Notes: generated by a model not told the origin, from the sequence alone. Numbered from the stretch's first letter, positions 53,053 to 62,984 are shown. The stretch: 64,000 bases of DNA from an uncultured Candidatus Saccharibacteria bacterium (GCA_964419675.1 CAYQPN010000004.1:11001-75000); one strand, 5' to 3'. Made by a program: numbers and translations.

Positions 53053-53739
53053 ATGGCTATGATAGTTGCGACAAAAATCTCAAAAATATATCGACTCGGT
53101 AAAATTAAAGTGTTGGCAATTGACGAAGTCTCGGTAGATATATCTGAATCAAAAATATACTGCATTACGGGGCGTAGTGGCTCAGGAAAATCCACTCTAC
53201 TAAGACAACTCGGGCTACTGGATAAGCCAGATAGTGGGAATATTATAATAAATGATCAAAACTCGATTAATCTATCTGAGAAAGAGAGAACTCACGTAAG
53301 ATTAAGCCAATTTGGATTTGTGTTTCAGAATTATGCACTAATACCTGAGTTAACTGCTCTGGAGAACGTATTACTCCCAAAGCTACAGCTATCAGGAGGT
53401 AGTTATAAGGAACTAAAGAGTAATGCTAAGGAGCTCCTATCGATTGTTGGCCTGGGAGAAAGAATTAACCACCGCCCTTCCGAGCTTTCCGGAGGGGAAC
53501 AACAAAGAGTTGCGTTTGCCCGTGCAATGGCTAATAACCCTAAGGTTATTTTCGCTGATGAACCGACAGCTAATCTTGATACAGTAGCGACTGCAACAAT
53601 CATGTACACACTAACTAAGCTAAATCGTGAAACAGGTGTCACTATCGTGTTCGTGTCTCATGATCCTTCAGATTATCCTTATGCCCATGAGGTTATTGAA
53701 TTAAGCGATGGAAAAGTGATAAAAAGGACAGTCAAGTAA
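53053..53739 (+). CDS. ABC transporter ATP-binding protein (MacB/LolD-like)
   Basis: It has Walker A GRSGSGKST, signature LSGGEQQR and Walker B IFADEP. Confidence 0.93.
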   Translation: MAMIVATKISKIYRLGKIKVLAIDEVSVDISESKIYCITGRSGSGKSTLLRQLGLLDKPDSGNIIINDQNSINLSEKERTHVRLSQFGFVFQNYALIPELTALENVLLPKLQLSGGSYKELKSNAKELLSIVGLGERINHRPSELSGGEQQRVAFARAMANNPKVIFADEPTANLDTVATATIMYTLTKLNRETGVTIVFVSHDPSDYPYAHEVIELSDGKVIKRTVK

Positions 53740-54938
53740 TGGCTTTTCGTACTCTGAGAGTATCTTATTTCTTATCAACTCGTTTTTTTACACGTGGCAA
53801 TAAAGGCGTCATAGTTGCTCCTATCGTCATGATAGCTCTGATATATATTAATGTGTTATTCATTCCTTCTCTGATACAGGGTGCCATTTACCGGCTTGAC
53901 TCAACTGTTACACACTCTATTACAGGAGATCTAGTGATAAGCCCTCTTTCAAATAATCCACTGATAGCAAATACCGATTCGACACTAATTGAACTCCGTG
54001 GTATTAACGGCATAGAGGCGATAACCCCTATTTACAGTGTCAACGCGAGTATCGTACACAAAAACTCAAATGGCGTATGGCAGATTCTTGCAATTGACCC
54101 AGGTTCTTATAGCTCTGTTTTTGATAATCATATTACTATTGGTCAAATGCCTGAAAGCAATTCAGACATACTACTGGGACAAGGAATTGCGGGCAATGGG
54201 CTAGAGAAAGGATTTCTCTACACTGACAGTCTTAAGGGGGTAGAGTTGAAAGATACTGCAGACGTCTCTATACCGAATTTTCAGAGTAAAACGTTCCATA
54301 TCTCAGGAGTTTTTTCAAATGATCTATCACTCTCAGATGAACGCGCAATTATTACTCAGAGCGCACTTCAACAAATGAACCCTAGCCTCGCCAACAAATC
54401 TACATCAATTCACATAAAACTTTCGCCGAAGGCTAACGTAGAAAATATAATTTCTCAGATAGAGTATATTATCCCAAATATCAAAGTTAAAAAATCTACT
54501 GAATTTGCATCCACGGTCAGAGAACAAGTGCTGACGACAAGAAAAATAAGTACAATTTTGAGCTTTTTCTCTTTTATAGTAGCGTCCATAACTTTATTTA
54601 TAGTTACTTATGTAGATCTTGTTAACCGCAGAAAGCAGATCGGCATAGAGCGTGCCATCGGAATATCGAACTCATCTATCGTGATTACTTATATAATAAG
54701 AGCTTTGATATCTACAGTCATAGGAATTATTATTGGAGCACTTATATATTTATACTTGATGGTTCCTTACTACAATAGTCATCCCTTTGGTTTTCCAGTC
54801 GGCCCTGTTTCTCTACTCGTTGACTACTCAACTATGTATAGCTACGCCGCTATCTTATCCGTAATAGCAATAGCAGGTGCAGTTGCGCCTACACTTCGTG
54901 CTGTCAAACTATCAATCTTAGATGCAATTTGGTCTTAA
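53739..54938 (+). CDS. ABC transporter permease, FtsX/MacB-like
   Basis: It has an N-terminal TM, a large periplasmic-type domain and a C-terminal 3-TM FtsX domain. It overlaps the ATPase stop. Confidence 0.85.
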   Translation: MAFRTLRVSYFLSTRFFTRGNKGVIVAPIVMIALIYINVLFIPSLIQGAIYRLDSTVTHSITGDLVISPLSNNPLIANTDSTLIELRGINGIEAITPIYSVNASIVHKNSNGVWQILAIDPGSYSSVFDNHITIGQMPESNSDILLGQGIAGNGLEKGFLYTDSLKGVELKDTADVSIPNFQSKTFHISGVFSNDLSLSDERAIITQSALQQMNPSLANKSTSIHIKLSPKANVENIISQIEYIIPNIKVKKSTEFASTVREQVLTTRKISTILSFFSFIVASITLFIVTYVDLVNRRKQIGIERAIGISNSSIVITYIIRALISTVIGIIIGALIYLYLMVPYYNSHPFGFPVGPVSLLVDYSTMYSYAAILSVIAIAGAVAPTLRAVKLSILDAIWS

Positions 54939-54946
54939 CCGAATAA

Positions 54947-55213
54947 TCAAACTGCTACCGAATCGATCTCTCTTGCCATAACCAGGTCTTTGTCTGTAAT
55001 TCTATGTTCAGAGTGTGTTGTTAGCCAAATCCTGACAAAGCCCCAGCCTAGATTTATGTCGGGATGATGTTGATGTTTTTCTGCCAATTCTCCAACTTTA
55101 TTCACAAAAACAAGAGCATCAGTAAAATCCTTAAATACAAAATCCTTTCGAAGAGCCTTCTGTTTTCTTCCATCAGGAAAGTAGTCGACTTCTTCCCATT
55201 TTTTACCAACCAT
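54947..55213 (-). CDS. Pterin-4-alpha-carbinolamine dehydratase (PCD/DCoH family)
   Basis: It has the F.DF..A..F...V...AE...HHPD motif. The ORF-track start at 55240 is TTG, so the ATG at 55213 is preferred. Confidence 0.85.
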   Translation of the reverse strand: MVGKKWEEVDYFPDGRKQKALRKDFVFKDFTDALVFVNKVGELAEKHQHHPDINLGWGFVRIWLTTHSEHRITDKDLVMAREIDSVAV

Positions 55214-55667
55214 ATTCGCTGTAATATTTCCCCTCTGCAATTTTTAACAAAGCTTCTTTTTGTGGAGGAACAATATTTTTAGGTAAGTTTTTTAAATCAA
55301 GCCAGTCTAGACTTTCACTTTTTTTCTTTTCGGCATTATATGGCTCACCTTGCCATTTTTTAGCCTCAAAATACACATCTACCCACTCCATTATTTCTGA
55401 ATCATCTTCTCCATGCCTATGTGCGATATGGACAAAATCTAAATCTGCTATTTCAATATCAACACCAGCCTCCTCTTTTGCTTCTCTAGCAGCGCCCAAT
55501 GAGTATGGTTCGCCGTATTCGACTTTCCCCGCTGGCAAACCATAATAACCGTCCATCCACCCGGTATTTTTTCGACGAACCATAGCAATTTTGTCTTCTC
55601 TCCGCAAAATCACAAAACAAGCTATATAGGGACGGGCGGAATCATATTTCTCTGAATGTTTTTTCAT
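55203..55667 (-). CDS. NUDIX hydrolase
   Basis: It has a Nudix box, G.PAGKVEYGE....AAREAKEEAG. Confidence 0.9.
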   Translation of the reverse strand: MKKHSEKYDSARPYIACFVILRREDKIAMVRRKNTGWMDGYYGLPAGKVEYGEPYSLGAAREAKEEAGVDIEIADLDFVHIAHRHGEDDSEIMEWVDVYFEAKKWQGEPYNAEKKKSESLDWLDLKNLPKNIVPPQKEALLKIAEGKYYSEYGW

Positions 55668-55996
55668 CTATTGTCGCCTGCACCTTTTTGGACACCTCGC
55701 GCTTTTCGACTTGCAAGTTTTTCTACGTTTAATTTCATAACTTCATCAAACGACAAGCCCAGGCTATGAGCCATTAACGCTATATACCAGACTACGTCGC
55801 CAAGCTCTTTTTTGATTTCTGCTTTATCATCATCAGAGATAACACCATCTTTATAAGCAACGATTTTTTTCCACTTTTCTAAAACTTCACCAGCTTCACC
55901 TGAAATACCCATAGCCCAGATTGTTTTATCCATCAATGGGTCTTTATTAAATATAGCAGTGGTCAAAGCTTTTTCTTGATACTCATCAAAAGTCAT
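55664..55996 (-). CDS. MazG-like nucleotide pyrophosphohydrolase
   Basis: It has the small all-helical MazG pattern (GISGEAGEV...ELGDVVWY). Confidence 0.8.
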   Translation of the reverse strand: MTFDEYQEKALTTAIFNKDPLMDKTIWAMGISGEAGEVLEKWKKIVAYKDGVISDDDKAEIKKELGDVVWYIALMAHSLGLSFDEVMKLNVEKLASRKARGVQKGAGDNR

Positions 55997-56025
55997 TTTT
56001 TATTATTCCCTCAACTTAATAATAC

Positions 56026-56065
56026 TATACACATATTATACGCTATAGCGTATAATATGTGTATA
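56026..56065. repeat. Perfect 40-bp palindrome (copy 2 of 4), overlapping the divergent promoter region
   Basis: It reads TATACACATATTATACGCTA|TAGCGTATAATATGTGTATA. TATAAT at 56051-56056 lies 33 nt upstream of the 56090 ATG, and a mirrored TATAAT on the minus strand faces the mazG-like operon. Confidence 0.95.
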
Positions 56066-56089
56066 TGAAGAGTAGGAGCTAATTATCTT

Positions 56090-56686
56090 ATGAAAAACGT
56101 CAATAAACTAAAGCTAAGAAAAGTTAAATCTGTAACCAACCCTTTAATGAAGGGCTTACTAAAAACCGCTCTCGCAACCGGACTTATCGGCGTAGTTATA
56201 ACTGCTCCAAATTCATTGCAAGCGTTGGATTTACTAGTAAAGAAATTGGACAAAACAAAAAAGCGCGGTAAAAGATTTAACGAGTATGCCCGGCGCAGTG
56301 GCTATTTTGAAGTAGAGTCCTGCGGTAAAGACCGATACGCGATAAAGCTCAGTTCTAAAGGGCAAAAAGCCGCTCAAAACGTGTTATTTGATGATTTTAC
56401 GCTGACAAAAGCTCAAAAATGGGATGGTAGTTGGCACATTTTAATGTTCGATATTGGGGAAAAGCACAAATATTTAAGAGATATGTTAAGCAACAAAGTT
56501 ACTGATCTTGGAATGCTACCTCTACAAAACAGCGTCTACGTTTATCCTTACGCATTCGACGATTTTATTGAGAATTTGCATATTGTCTACCCTCAAGCAA
56601 TGCAGTATGTTATGTCTGCCAGGGCAACACAAATTGACGGCGAGAAACAGCTGATAGAAAAATTTAGGCTTGCCAAAGTAATCTAA
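56090..56686 (+). CDS. PaaX-like / Cas2-fold (VapD-like) domain protein with N-terminal hydrophobic segment
   Basis: WDGSWHILMFDIGEKHKYLRDMLSNKVTDLGMLPLQNSVYVYPY matches the W.G.W.h..FDI.E..R..R..L...L...G...LQ.SV.V.P motif of PaaX middle and Cas2-like domains. Confidence 0.6.
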   Translation: MKNVNKLKLRKVKSVTNPLMKGLLKTALATGLIGVVITAPNSLQALDLLVKKLDKTKKRGKRFNEYARRSGYFEVESCGKDRYAIKLSSKGQKAAQNVLFDDFTLTKAQKWDGSWHILMFDIGEKHKYLRDMLSNKVTDLGMLPLQNSVYVYPYAFDDFIENLHIVYPQAMQYVMSARATQIDGEKQLIEKFRLAKVI

Positions 56687-56710
56687 AGCTCTTTCTTAAC
56701 GATCCACTAA

Positions 56711-56746
56711 TACACATATTATACGCTATAGCGTATAATATGTGTA
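56711..56746. repeat. Perfect 36-bp palindrome (copy 3 of 4) between convergent genes
   Basis: It reads TACACATATTATACGCTA|TAGCGTATAATATGTGTA, starting 25 nt after the stop of 56090-56686. Confidence 0.95.
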
Positions 56747-56777
56747 GCATAGTAAAATCCTATAAAATTCGGTCTAT

Positions 56778-57578
56778 CTATAGCCCTAGTGCACTATCCG
56801 ACAAAGCTGCATCGCTAAAATCTGTGGTGTCATCCAATGAATTTATGGCTTCATCCATTGATTGAGACGAGCTGTCGATTTCAGATACAGTTGCAGGTTC
56901 AACTAACTTTTTCTCGGCGACTGTTGATTGTGAATTACTAGAGCTACTTTTTTCTGATGCGTTATCTTGGGCTGACAAATAAACATAAGTTGCTGCACCG
57001 GCTAATATTAAAGCGACGACTACGGTCACTACTAATGCTAGCTTCTTATTGTTTCTGTTTTCATGAGGTACAGGAGATGAATCCGAGTTGGTATTCTGAT
57101 CTGTAGCCATAGCCATATTAGGAGAACTCTGAACAGTCTGAGAAGGCTCTGCAGTCGCAGATTCTACAGAATCTGATGGCATGCTTGCCACGGTTGATTG
57201 GTCGGATGTAGCTGACTTTTCTGACTCCACAGTAGGACTATTACCACTTACTTGCTCTGTAGAATTTTCAGCAAGTTTAGCCTCTTCAGTTGGCTCAGCT
57301 ACCATGGATTTAACTTCCTCTTCCATCACACGTACTTCTTCATCTGTAGACTTTGCTGTCTCATTTACAGAGTCTTCCGTTTTTTCCGCGGCTATGATAT
57401 CTTCAGCTTTTTCAACGTCTCCTGGCTTAACTGATTCTGTATTTTCAACTGCTGGAGGGGGCATAGCGAGGTCTACTGTCGCTTGGCTTTGATCTGGAGC
57501 TGAAGTCACAGGAACCGTGCTATCGTCATCACTCTTTACTACTATGGTTTGGGGTGTTTTTTGCTCTTCTTTGTCCAT
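56778..57578 (-). CDS. Acidic S/T/E-rich membrane-anchored protein, unknown function
   Basis: This 266-aa protein has a low-complexity acidic N-terminal part and a single TM near residue 190. Confidence 0.5.
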   Translation of the reverse strand: MDKEEQKTPQTIVVKSDDDSTVPVTSAPDQSQATVDLAMPPPAVENTESVKPGDVEKAEDIIAAEKTEDSVNETAKSTDEEVRVMEEEVKSMVAEPTEEAKLAENSTEQVSGNSPTVESEKSATSDQSTVASMPSDSVESATAEPSQTVQSSPNMAMATDQNTNSDSSPVPHENRNNKKLALVVTVVVALILAGAATYVYLSAQDNASEKSSSSNSQSTVAEKKLVEPATVSEIDSSSQSMDEAINSLDDTTDFSDAALSDSALGL

Positions 57579-57580
57579 TC

Positions 57581-58228
57581 TTATTGCTCGCTTTCTGTTT
57601 GCGCTTCTTTAGCCGCTAAGTTTTCTCTGATTGTCTTTAGTATGGGTTTAAGGTTATCTGTCACATACTGTCTAAGTGACTGAGAAGCGGCAACTATTGC
57701 TTTCCTGTCATCGCGAGCTGATGACAACGCTGCTTTAAATCCGGCTGGATCAGTAGCACAATCCATAGATGAAAGGTCTGAGAGCGTTGTCTGATGGGTC
57801 TGTATCAACGCAATTACTTGAGCTGATTGAGCATCAACAGAGGCTACGGCAGCCTCTAGCTCGGCAGTATCAGCACCCGCCACTTTGAGCTTTGCGACAA
57901 GTTCTGCAAGCCTGTCTGAAATCCTTTGATAAGTAGTCTGTCTATTTTCAAGAGCCTTATCTAGCTTTGTTTGCATGTTTGTAACAACTGTCTGTGCACC
58001 CTTGCATAGTCCAGCGACTCTATTTTCTTCAGATTGAGAAATTTTTTCGGCTACTTTGTCTTTATATTCTTGAATCCTGGTCGCTTTTTTAGTTTTTTCC
58101 TCCGTATCTGCTGTTGATTGTTCGGCCGTGTCAGTTTGAACACTTTGATCCGTCTCAGCAAATACTGCTATAGGCACAACTGTCGACATAACAATAATCG
58201 TCAATAATCCCAACAACTTTTTCTTCAT
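57581..58228 (-). CDS. Secreted coiled-coil protein, unknown function
   Basis: It has the signal peptide MKKKLLGLLTIIVMSTVVPIAVFA followed by helical A/E/Q-rich repeats. Confidence 0.55.
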   Translation of the reverse strand: MKKKLLGLLTIIVMSTVVPIAVFAETDQSVQTDTAEQSTADTEEKTKKATRIQEYKDKVAEKISQSEENRVAGLCKGAQTVVTNMQTKLDKALENRQTTYQRISDRLAELVAKLKVAGADTAELEAAVASVDAQSAQVIALIQTHQTTLSDLSSMDCATDPAGFKAALSSARDDRKAIVAASQSLRQYVTDNLKPILKTIRENLAAKEAQTESEQ

Positions 58229-58300
58229 CCTACCCTCACTTCTTAATAGCGTAATTGTAACATAAGCACTTCAATCGTTTAAATCGGTAACATTAGCCAT

Positions 58301-60322
58301 CTAGAAATAGACGTTTTTAGACGCTGTAACATCCGTTATTTTGACTGGGTCTTTAACGTCTAAGTTAATAAAGTAGTCCGCTGTTTCGCTATTCTTAATA
58401 ACTCTAAAAACTATATTGTCTTCACCGTTCCAGTATTCAACGCTACTCAGCCCCGGCAGTGTCAATAACACCTCTTCCTTAAAGTCTTTTGTGCCAGAAA
58501 TTAATAGCACGCCCTTACCGTCCCGAATATCAACCCAGGCTGTCTTAGACGCACTAGGGGAGTCTACGAATTGTCGCTGGCTTGTGATATTCTGCTGGTC
58601 AACCTCAGTAGCGACGCTATCGCCCTTCTTTTCATACCACTTTTGATTTTCGGCGCTAAATTCTAAGACCGCATATTCAGTTCTAAAAATTGTCCAGACC
58701 TGTGAATTTACAACAGTTTCTTTCAAGCTACCATCAACTTTTACCGAATATAACTTTGCTTGACTTGCTGGCACTGCGTAACTAGAAACTGCATAATATA
58801 CAACGTCGCCGACTAATCTTACGCTGTTAAAGTAATTCGCTGCAGCTAAATCTTTACGCTCTCCAGTTTTATAGTTATATGCGAACAGCTTGCTTCGCTC
58901 AGGGTTGCCCGCACTCGTTCCCTCTACAACTTGCCAATACACAATGCTTTGGCCAGACCAGCCCAAGAGCTGAAGCTGTTCAGACCTAGTTACCTTTTCC
59001 GATTCTCCAGTTATAGAATCAACGATGTATAGACCGTCCAAGATGAACCCGCCAGAATTTTTATCCCCGTCTCTTGATGACACAAATGCAACTACATCCT
59101 CGTTGGGCTTTGGAAGTACGGTTGGTACTTCTCGTTCTTTGCCCGTAGCTTTCAGAAGAAGTTCTTCATTTTTACCGTCTACATCAATTTTATATAAGTC
59201 ATATTCGCCACCCCGATTACTAACAAAAACGTGTTTGCGCGCTGGAACCATTTTTAACTCAACTTCACTTGGCTGACCTTCCCCAAATACAACCGTCTCG
59301 GTTCTATAACCTTCTGCCGACACCAAAACCTCTACATCACCGCCTGTGTCGTCCCCTATGGTCAATACAATTTTGCCTTGTTCGTCAGCCGTTGCGCTAC
59401 TTTCACCACTAACAGCTTCCGCGCCCAATACTGCCTTGCCGCTTTGCCAATCTGACAAATTGAACGTAAACTGTGCACCGGTTGCAACAAGTTCTTGATC
59501 TCCAATAGGATTGCTTCCCCAACCCAACACAATTGCCCGGGAATTATCTGCGTAACCCCGTTTTATTATGTCTAACTGGCTTTTTCCCAGCTTAAGACCT
59601 TGGAAAGATACGTGTCCGTCGCTATCTGTAATACTACTCTTCCCCTGTAATTTAACGGCTATATTCTTTAATGGTAGCCTAGTTTGACTATCAATGACGT
59701 TCATACTTGAACTCACCCTTACTCCAACGAGGTTTAAAATTCCATACCTACTCGCTGGTAGCAGTAATGTGCCAATTAACAGCAGCCCCAGCCCAACAAA
59801 AGAACCATATCTAACAGGCTTGTTATCCCACCATACAGCTAACAACTCTTTTATCTTGGTTTTGAACGATTTCTTTGGTACATCTAACTTTTTTTTGTCG
59901 TCATCGTCTAGTAATTTGTCGCTTTCAGCCCGAACTATTTCGTCAACAGCAGCATCAACATCTGAATCGGGTTTAAATGCGTCACTTTTAGTTTCTTCAT
60001 CGTATTTTTCTTCAGCTTCTTCAACCGTAATGTTCAAATCCGGCTCATCTGGGATCTCCTCCGTTTTTTCTGATGTTTCTTCTTTGCCTTCTTCCGTTAC
60101 TTCATCATCAGTATCTTCGTTCAACTGGTCTAAATATTCATCCTCTTTTTCTGTAACAGTTTCATCTTTATTATCAGACAAATCGATCACTTCTTCATTT
60201 GCACTGTCATCAACTACTTCGACTTTCTTTTTTACGCTTGGCTTAGGCTCTTGAGCACTACTATCAGGCGCAATATCACCATAAGGTATCTCAGAATCGT
60301 CTCTACTTATGTCCACTTTCAT
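58301..60322 (-). CDS. Large surface protein: acidic N-terminus, TM, carboxypeptidase-regulatory-like Ig domain, TolB-like beta-propeller region
   Basis: VIDSQTRLPLKNIAVKLQG...SDGHVSF resembles a CarboxypepD_reg-like domain. Repeated F.S.R.G....LY..D..G strings resemble PD40/TolB blades. Confidence 0.6.
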   Translation of the reverse strand: MKVDISRDDSEIPYGDIAPDSSAQEPKPSVKKKVEVVDDSANEEVIDLSDNKDETVTEKEDEYLDQLNEDTDDEVTEEGKEETSEKTEEIPDEPDLNITVEEAEEKYDEETKSDAFKPDSDVDAAVDEIVRAESDKLLDDDDKKKLDVPKKSFKTKIKELLAVWWDNKPVRYGSFVGLGLLLIGTLLLPASRYGILNLVGVRVSSSMNVIDSQTRLPLKNIAVKLQGKSSITDSDGHVSFQGLKLGKSQLDIIKRGYADNSRAIVLGWGSNPIGDQELVATGAQFTFNLSDWQSGKAVLGAEAVSGESSATADEQGKIVLTIGDDTGGDVEVLVSAEGYRTETVVFGEGQPSEVELKMVPARKHVFVSNRGGEYDLYKIDVDGKNEELLLKATGKEREVPTVLPKPNEDVVAFVSSRDGDKNSGGFILDGLYIVDSITGESEKVTRSEQLQLLGWSGQSIVYWQVVEGTSAGNPERSKLFAYNYKTGERKDLAAANYFNSVRLVGDVVYYAVSSYAVPASQAKLYSVKVDGSLKETVVNSQVWTIFRTEYAVLEFSAENQKWYEKKGDSVATEVDQQNITSQRQFVDSPSASKTAWVDIRDGKGVLLISGTKDFKEEVLLTLPGLSSVEYWNGEDNIVFRVIKNSETADYFINLDVKDPVKITDVTASKNVYF

Positions 60323-60389
60323 ACTTATGCTTATTGTAGCACTGAGCCACCTCAGATTGAAATTATCCCGCCTACCCGCTGTATAACAA

Positions 60390-61703
60390 CTACGGTGTTA
60401 GACGATTGATATCACGCGGGAATAGCGTGGCTTCTTTAACATTGTTCAGACCTATGATGCGCTGAGTAAGACGCTCTAACCCAAGCCCAAAGCCTCCGTG
60501 TGGTGGTAAGCCGTGCTTGAATGCTAGTAGGTAGTTCTTGAACCCTGGATCATCTGGGTCAGCACCTATCATATCTTTCAATTGCTTTACTAGAACTTCG
60601 TATCTATGTTCACGCATCGGACAGGTCATAATTTCAATACCGCGGAAGAGAAAATCGCTTCGTTCAGCAAGCTCAGGGTTGGAATCCATTCGCTTGTGGT
60701 AAAACTTCATGTTGCTGGCCGGCCACTCTGTAACAAATATGGCTTCTGTGCCTAGATTTTTCTTGGCGTATTCGCAAATCCATTTTTCTTCAGCTGGTGT
60801 TAAATCTTTCCTGTCTTCAACTTTTTCTTTTGTGTTCTTTTCAAATAATTCATGAACTTCTGCCAATGTAATTGAAACTGCATGTTCGCTAAGTAGTGGT
60901 TTCTGAGTATTCCAACGCTTTAGTTCCGGCTCGTAGCTTTCCCAGACCCTGTCTACTACGTGTCTCAACAATTGATGCGCAAACTCTCTAAGTTCTTCAA
61001 AGGTTATAAACCCTAGTTCTGCATCAATTGTGATGTATTCACTCATGTGACGAGTAGTTGCGCTTAATTCTGCTCTGTATGTAGGGTTTGTTTCAAAAAC
61101 TCTTTCAAATACCCCGACCATCATTTGCTTATAGAACTGGGCGCTTTGGGCAAGAGTAGCTTCTTTGCCAAAATAATCTAACTTGAATACTTCCGCGCCA
61201 CCCTCTGTCGCTTCAGCTAAAAGTTTTGGGGTGTTCATCTCTGTAAAACCACTTTCTATGAAGTACTCTCTGACTGCTTCTAAAACCTTTGCTTGAATCT
61301 TGAATATTGCAGTTTCTTGTAAGTTTCTAAGTCCTATAACACGGTTATCTAGTAGTGTGTCTAAATGTTCAGATTTATGTGAAAGTGGTTTGTCGATTTC
61401 TACCGGCGATTCATCAGTTACTGGTACTAAAACGTTAATTTCTGGTTCGTGTAGTTCGGCGCCACCTGGTGCTCTTTCTTCTTCTAATACTCTTCCTGTA
61501 ATTTCTAAAACTGTGCCGGTTTGCATACCACGCAACTTTTCTACTTCTTTTTTATCTTCAATTAAAACTTGTGTAAGTCCGCTTCTATCGCGCACATTTA
61601 TAAATGTTAGACCGCCAAGAAGTCTTTTTTTGTGTAACCAACCTTTGATTGATACTTGTTTTCCAATATGTTTTTGTACATCGCTTGCTAGTGTTCGTTC
61701 CAT
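60390..61703 (-). CDS. aspS: Aspartyl-tRNA synthetase, archaeal/eukaryal type (class IIb)
   Basis: It has an OB-fold N-terminus, the LDTLLDNRVIGLRN motif, and class II motifs including GLPPHGGFGLGLERL. The ATG at 61703, with a GAGGA Shine-Dalgarno, is preferred over the TTG at 61781. Confidence 0.9.
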   Translation of the reverse strand: MERTLASDVQKHIGKQVSIKGWLHKKRLLGGLTFINVRDRSGLTQVLIEDKKEVEKLRGMQTGTVLEITGRVLEEERAPGGAELHEPEINVLVPVTDESPVEIDKPLSHKSEHLDTLLDNRVIGLRNLQETAIFKIQAKVLEAVREYFIESGFTEMNTPKLLAEATEGGAEVFKLDYFGKEATLAQSAQFYKQMMVGVFERVFETNPTYRAELSATTRHMSEYITIDAELGFITFEELREFAHQLLRHVVDRVWESYEPELKRWNTQKPLLSEHAVSITLAEVHELFEKNTKEKVEDRKDLTPAEEKWICEYAKKNLGTEAIFVTEWPASNMKFYHKRMDSNPELAERSDFLFRGIEIMTCPMREHRYEVLVKQLKDMIGADPDDPGFKNYLLAFKHGLPPHGGFGLGLERLTQRIIGLNNVKEATLFPRDINRLTP

Positions 61704-61902
61704 GATTCTATCCTCAAATTTAGTTTGTAATTGTTCGGCTTTTTCGACGGGTCTTTTGCCAAGTAAGAAGTAGCTCGCCAAAAACTACCGGCGGACCCGA
61801 CTATTCATATTATTTTGCACGACAATTGTTTTCACTCCTGTTATTGTACCATCAACCGGATATAACTAGTGCAAATTTCAGCATTCTAGCATAAGAACTA
61901 CC

Positions 61903-61938
61903 TACACATATTATACGCTATAGCGTATAATATGTGTA
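61903..61938. repeat. Perfect 36-bp palindrome (copy 4 of 4) between the CNNM-family gene stop and aspS
   Basis: It reads TACACATATTATACGCTA|TAGCGTATAATATGTGTA. Confidence 0.95.
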
Positions 61939-61946
61939 TTAAAGAA

Positions 61947-62984
61947 TTAATTGCTGGTTTTTAACTGTCTGTCCTTAGAGTCCGCTTCAGCTAAACTTTT
62001 TGCTACAGCTCGCAAATCTCTGTGTTGATCAAACTCATCAACAATTTGCTTGCCTAAAATTTCTTCAACTACATCCTCTAGGCTGACCACGCCAACGAAT
62101 TCTTCAAATGTATTTACGACGATTAGTAAATGGTGATTGGTGCGCAAGAAAACCCGCAACGCGAAATCAAGGGGCTTTTCTTCATGTACAAAATAGACAT
62201 CTTTCCGCATAAAGTCCCTCACACTACCCCTGATATCAGTTCCCACTAAATCATGGATGTACAATGTCCCCACAAACTCCTGTCCATTTTTGTTTGCCAG
62301 CACCGGGAAACGAGAATACCCTGATTTGTGTAACTCATCAAGTAAAATTGGCCCTATCAAATCGTCTACAAGCACAGACTTTACTACTCTTCGAGGAGTC
62401 ATAATTTCTCGGACTAGTTTGTCACCAAAACTTAGTGCGTGCCGGATAATATTTACCTCTTGAGTACTTATATCGCTTTCTTTTGAAAGCTCACGACCTT
62501 CAAAAATTTTATAAAGTTCTTCTTTGCTATATATTGTTGGGTGTTCACGGCCAAGCCATTTGTCCAGAGTTCGTCCCATAGGTTTAGCTATTGGCGACAA
62601 CAACAATATAAGTTTCTTCAATACTGGTGCTATCCTAGCTGTTACCTCTAAGCTGTGTTTACCAAGGTAAGCCATTGGTAGAATTTCGCCAAAAATTACT
62701 ACTATTACTGTGGTAATAATGACTGCTAATAACCCGTTAGTTCGAGTGTCCAGGATTGCGGTAATGCCGGCATTTACAGTAACGTTGCCAATTAGCAGCG
62801 TAACCATTAACTGGTTTCCTAGTGATCGTATCGGGTAAACAACTTTAGCAGACTTGCTACCTAGCTGAGCCTTACGTTTAAGCTCATAATGGTTAAGCGA
62901 CAATATGCCGATAGTAAGACCCGAAAACAGGGCTGAACAGAGCAAAAGAAACACGATTGCTAAGAAGAAAATAATGTCACCCAT
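61947..62984 (-). CDS. CNNM/DUF21 transmembrane domain plus CBS-pair protein (hemolysin C/CorB-like)
   Basis: It has an N-terminal 4-TM DUF21 domain followed by two CBS motifs (REIMTPR...). Confidence 0.85.
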   Translation of the reverse strand: MGDIIFFLAIVFLLLCSALFSGLTIGILSLNHYELKRKAQLGSKSAKVVYPIRSLGNQLMVTLLIGNVTVNAGITAILDTRTNGLLAVIITTVIVVIFGEILPMAYLGKHSLEVTARIAPVLKKLILLLSPIAKPMGRTLDKWLGREHPTIYSKEELYKIFEGRELSKESDISTQEVNIIRHALSFGDKLVREIMTPRRVVKSVLVDDLIGPILLDELHKSGYSRFPVLANKNGQEFVGTLYIHDLVGTDIRGSVRDFMRKDVYFVHEEKPLDFALRVFLRTNHHLLIVVNTFEEFVGVVSLEDVVEEILGKQIVDEFDQHRDLRAVAKSLAEADSKDRQLKTSN

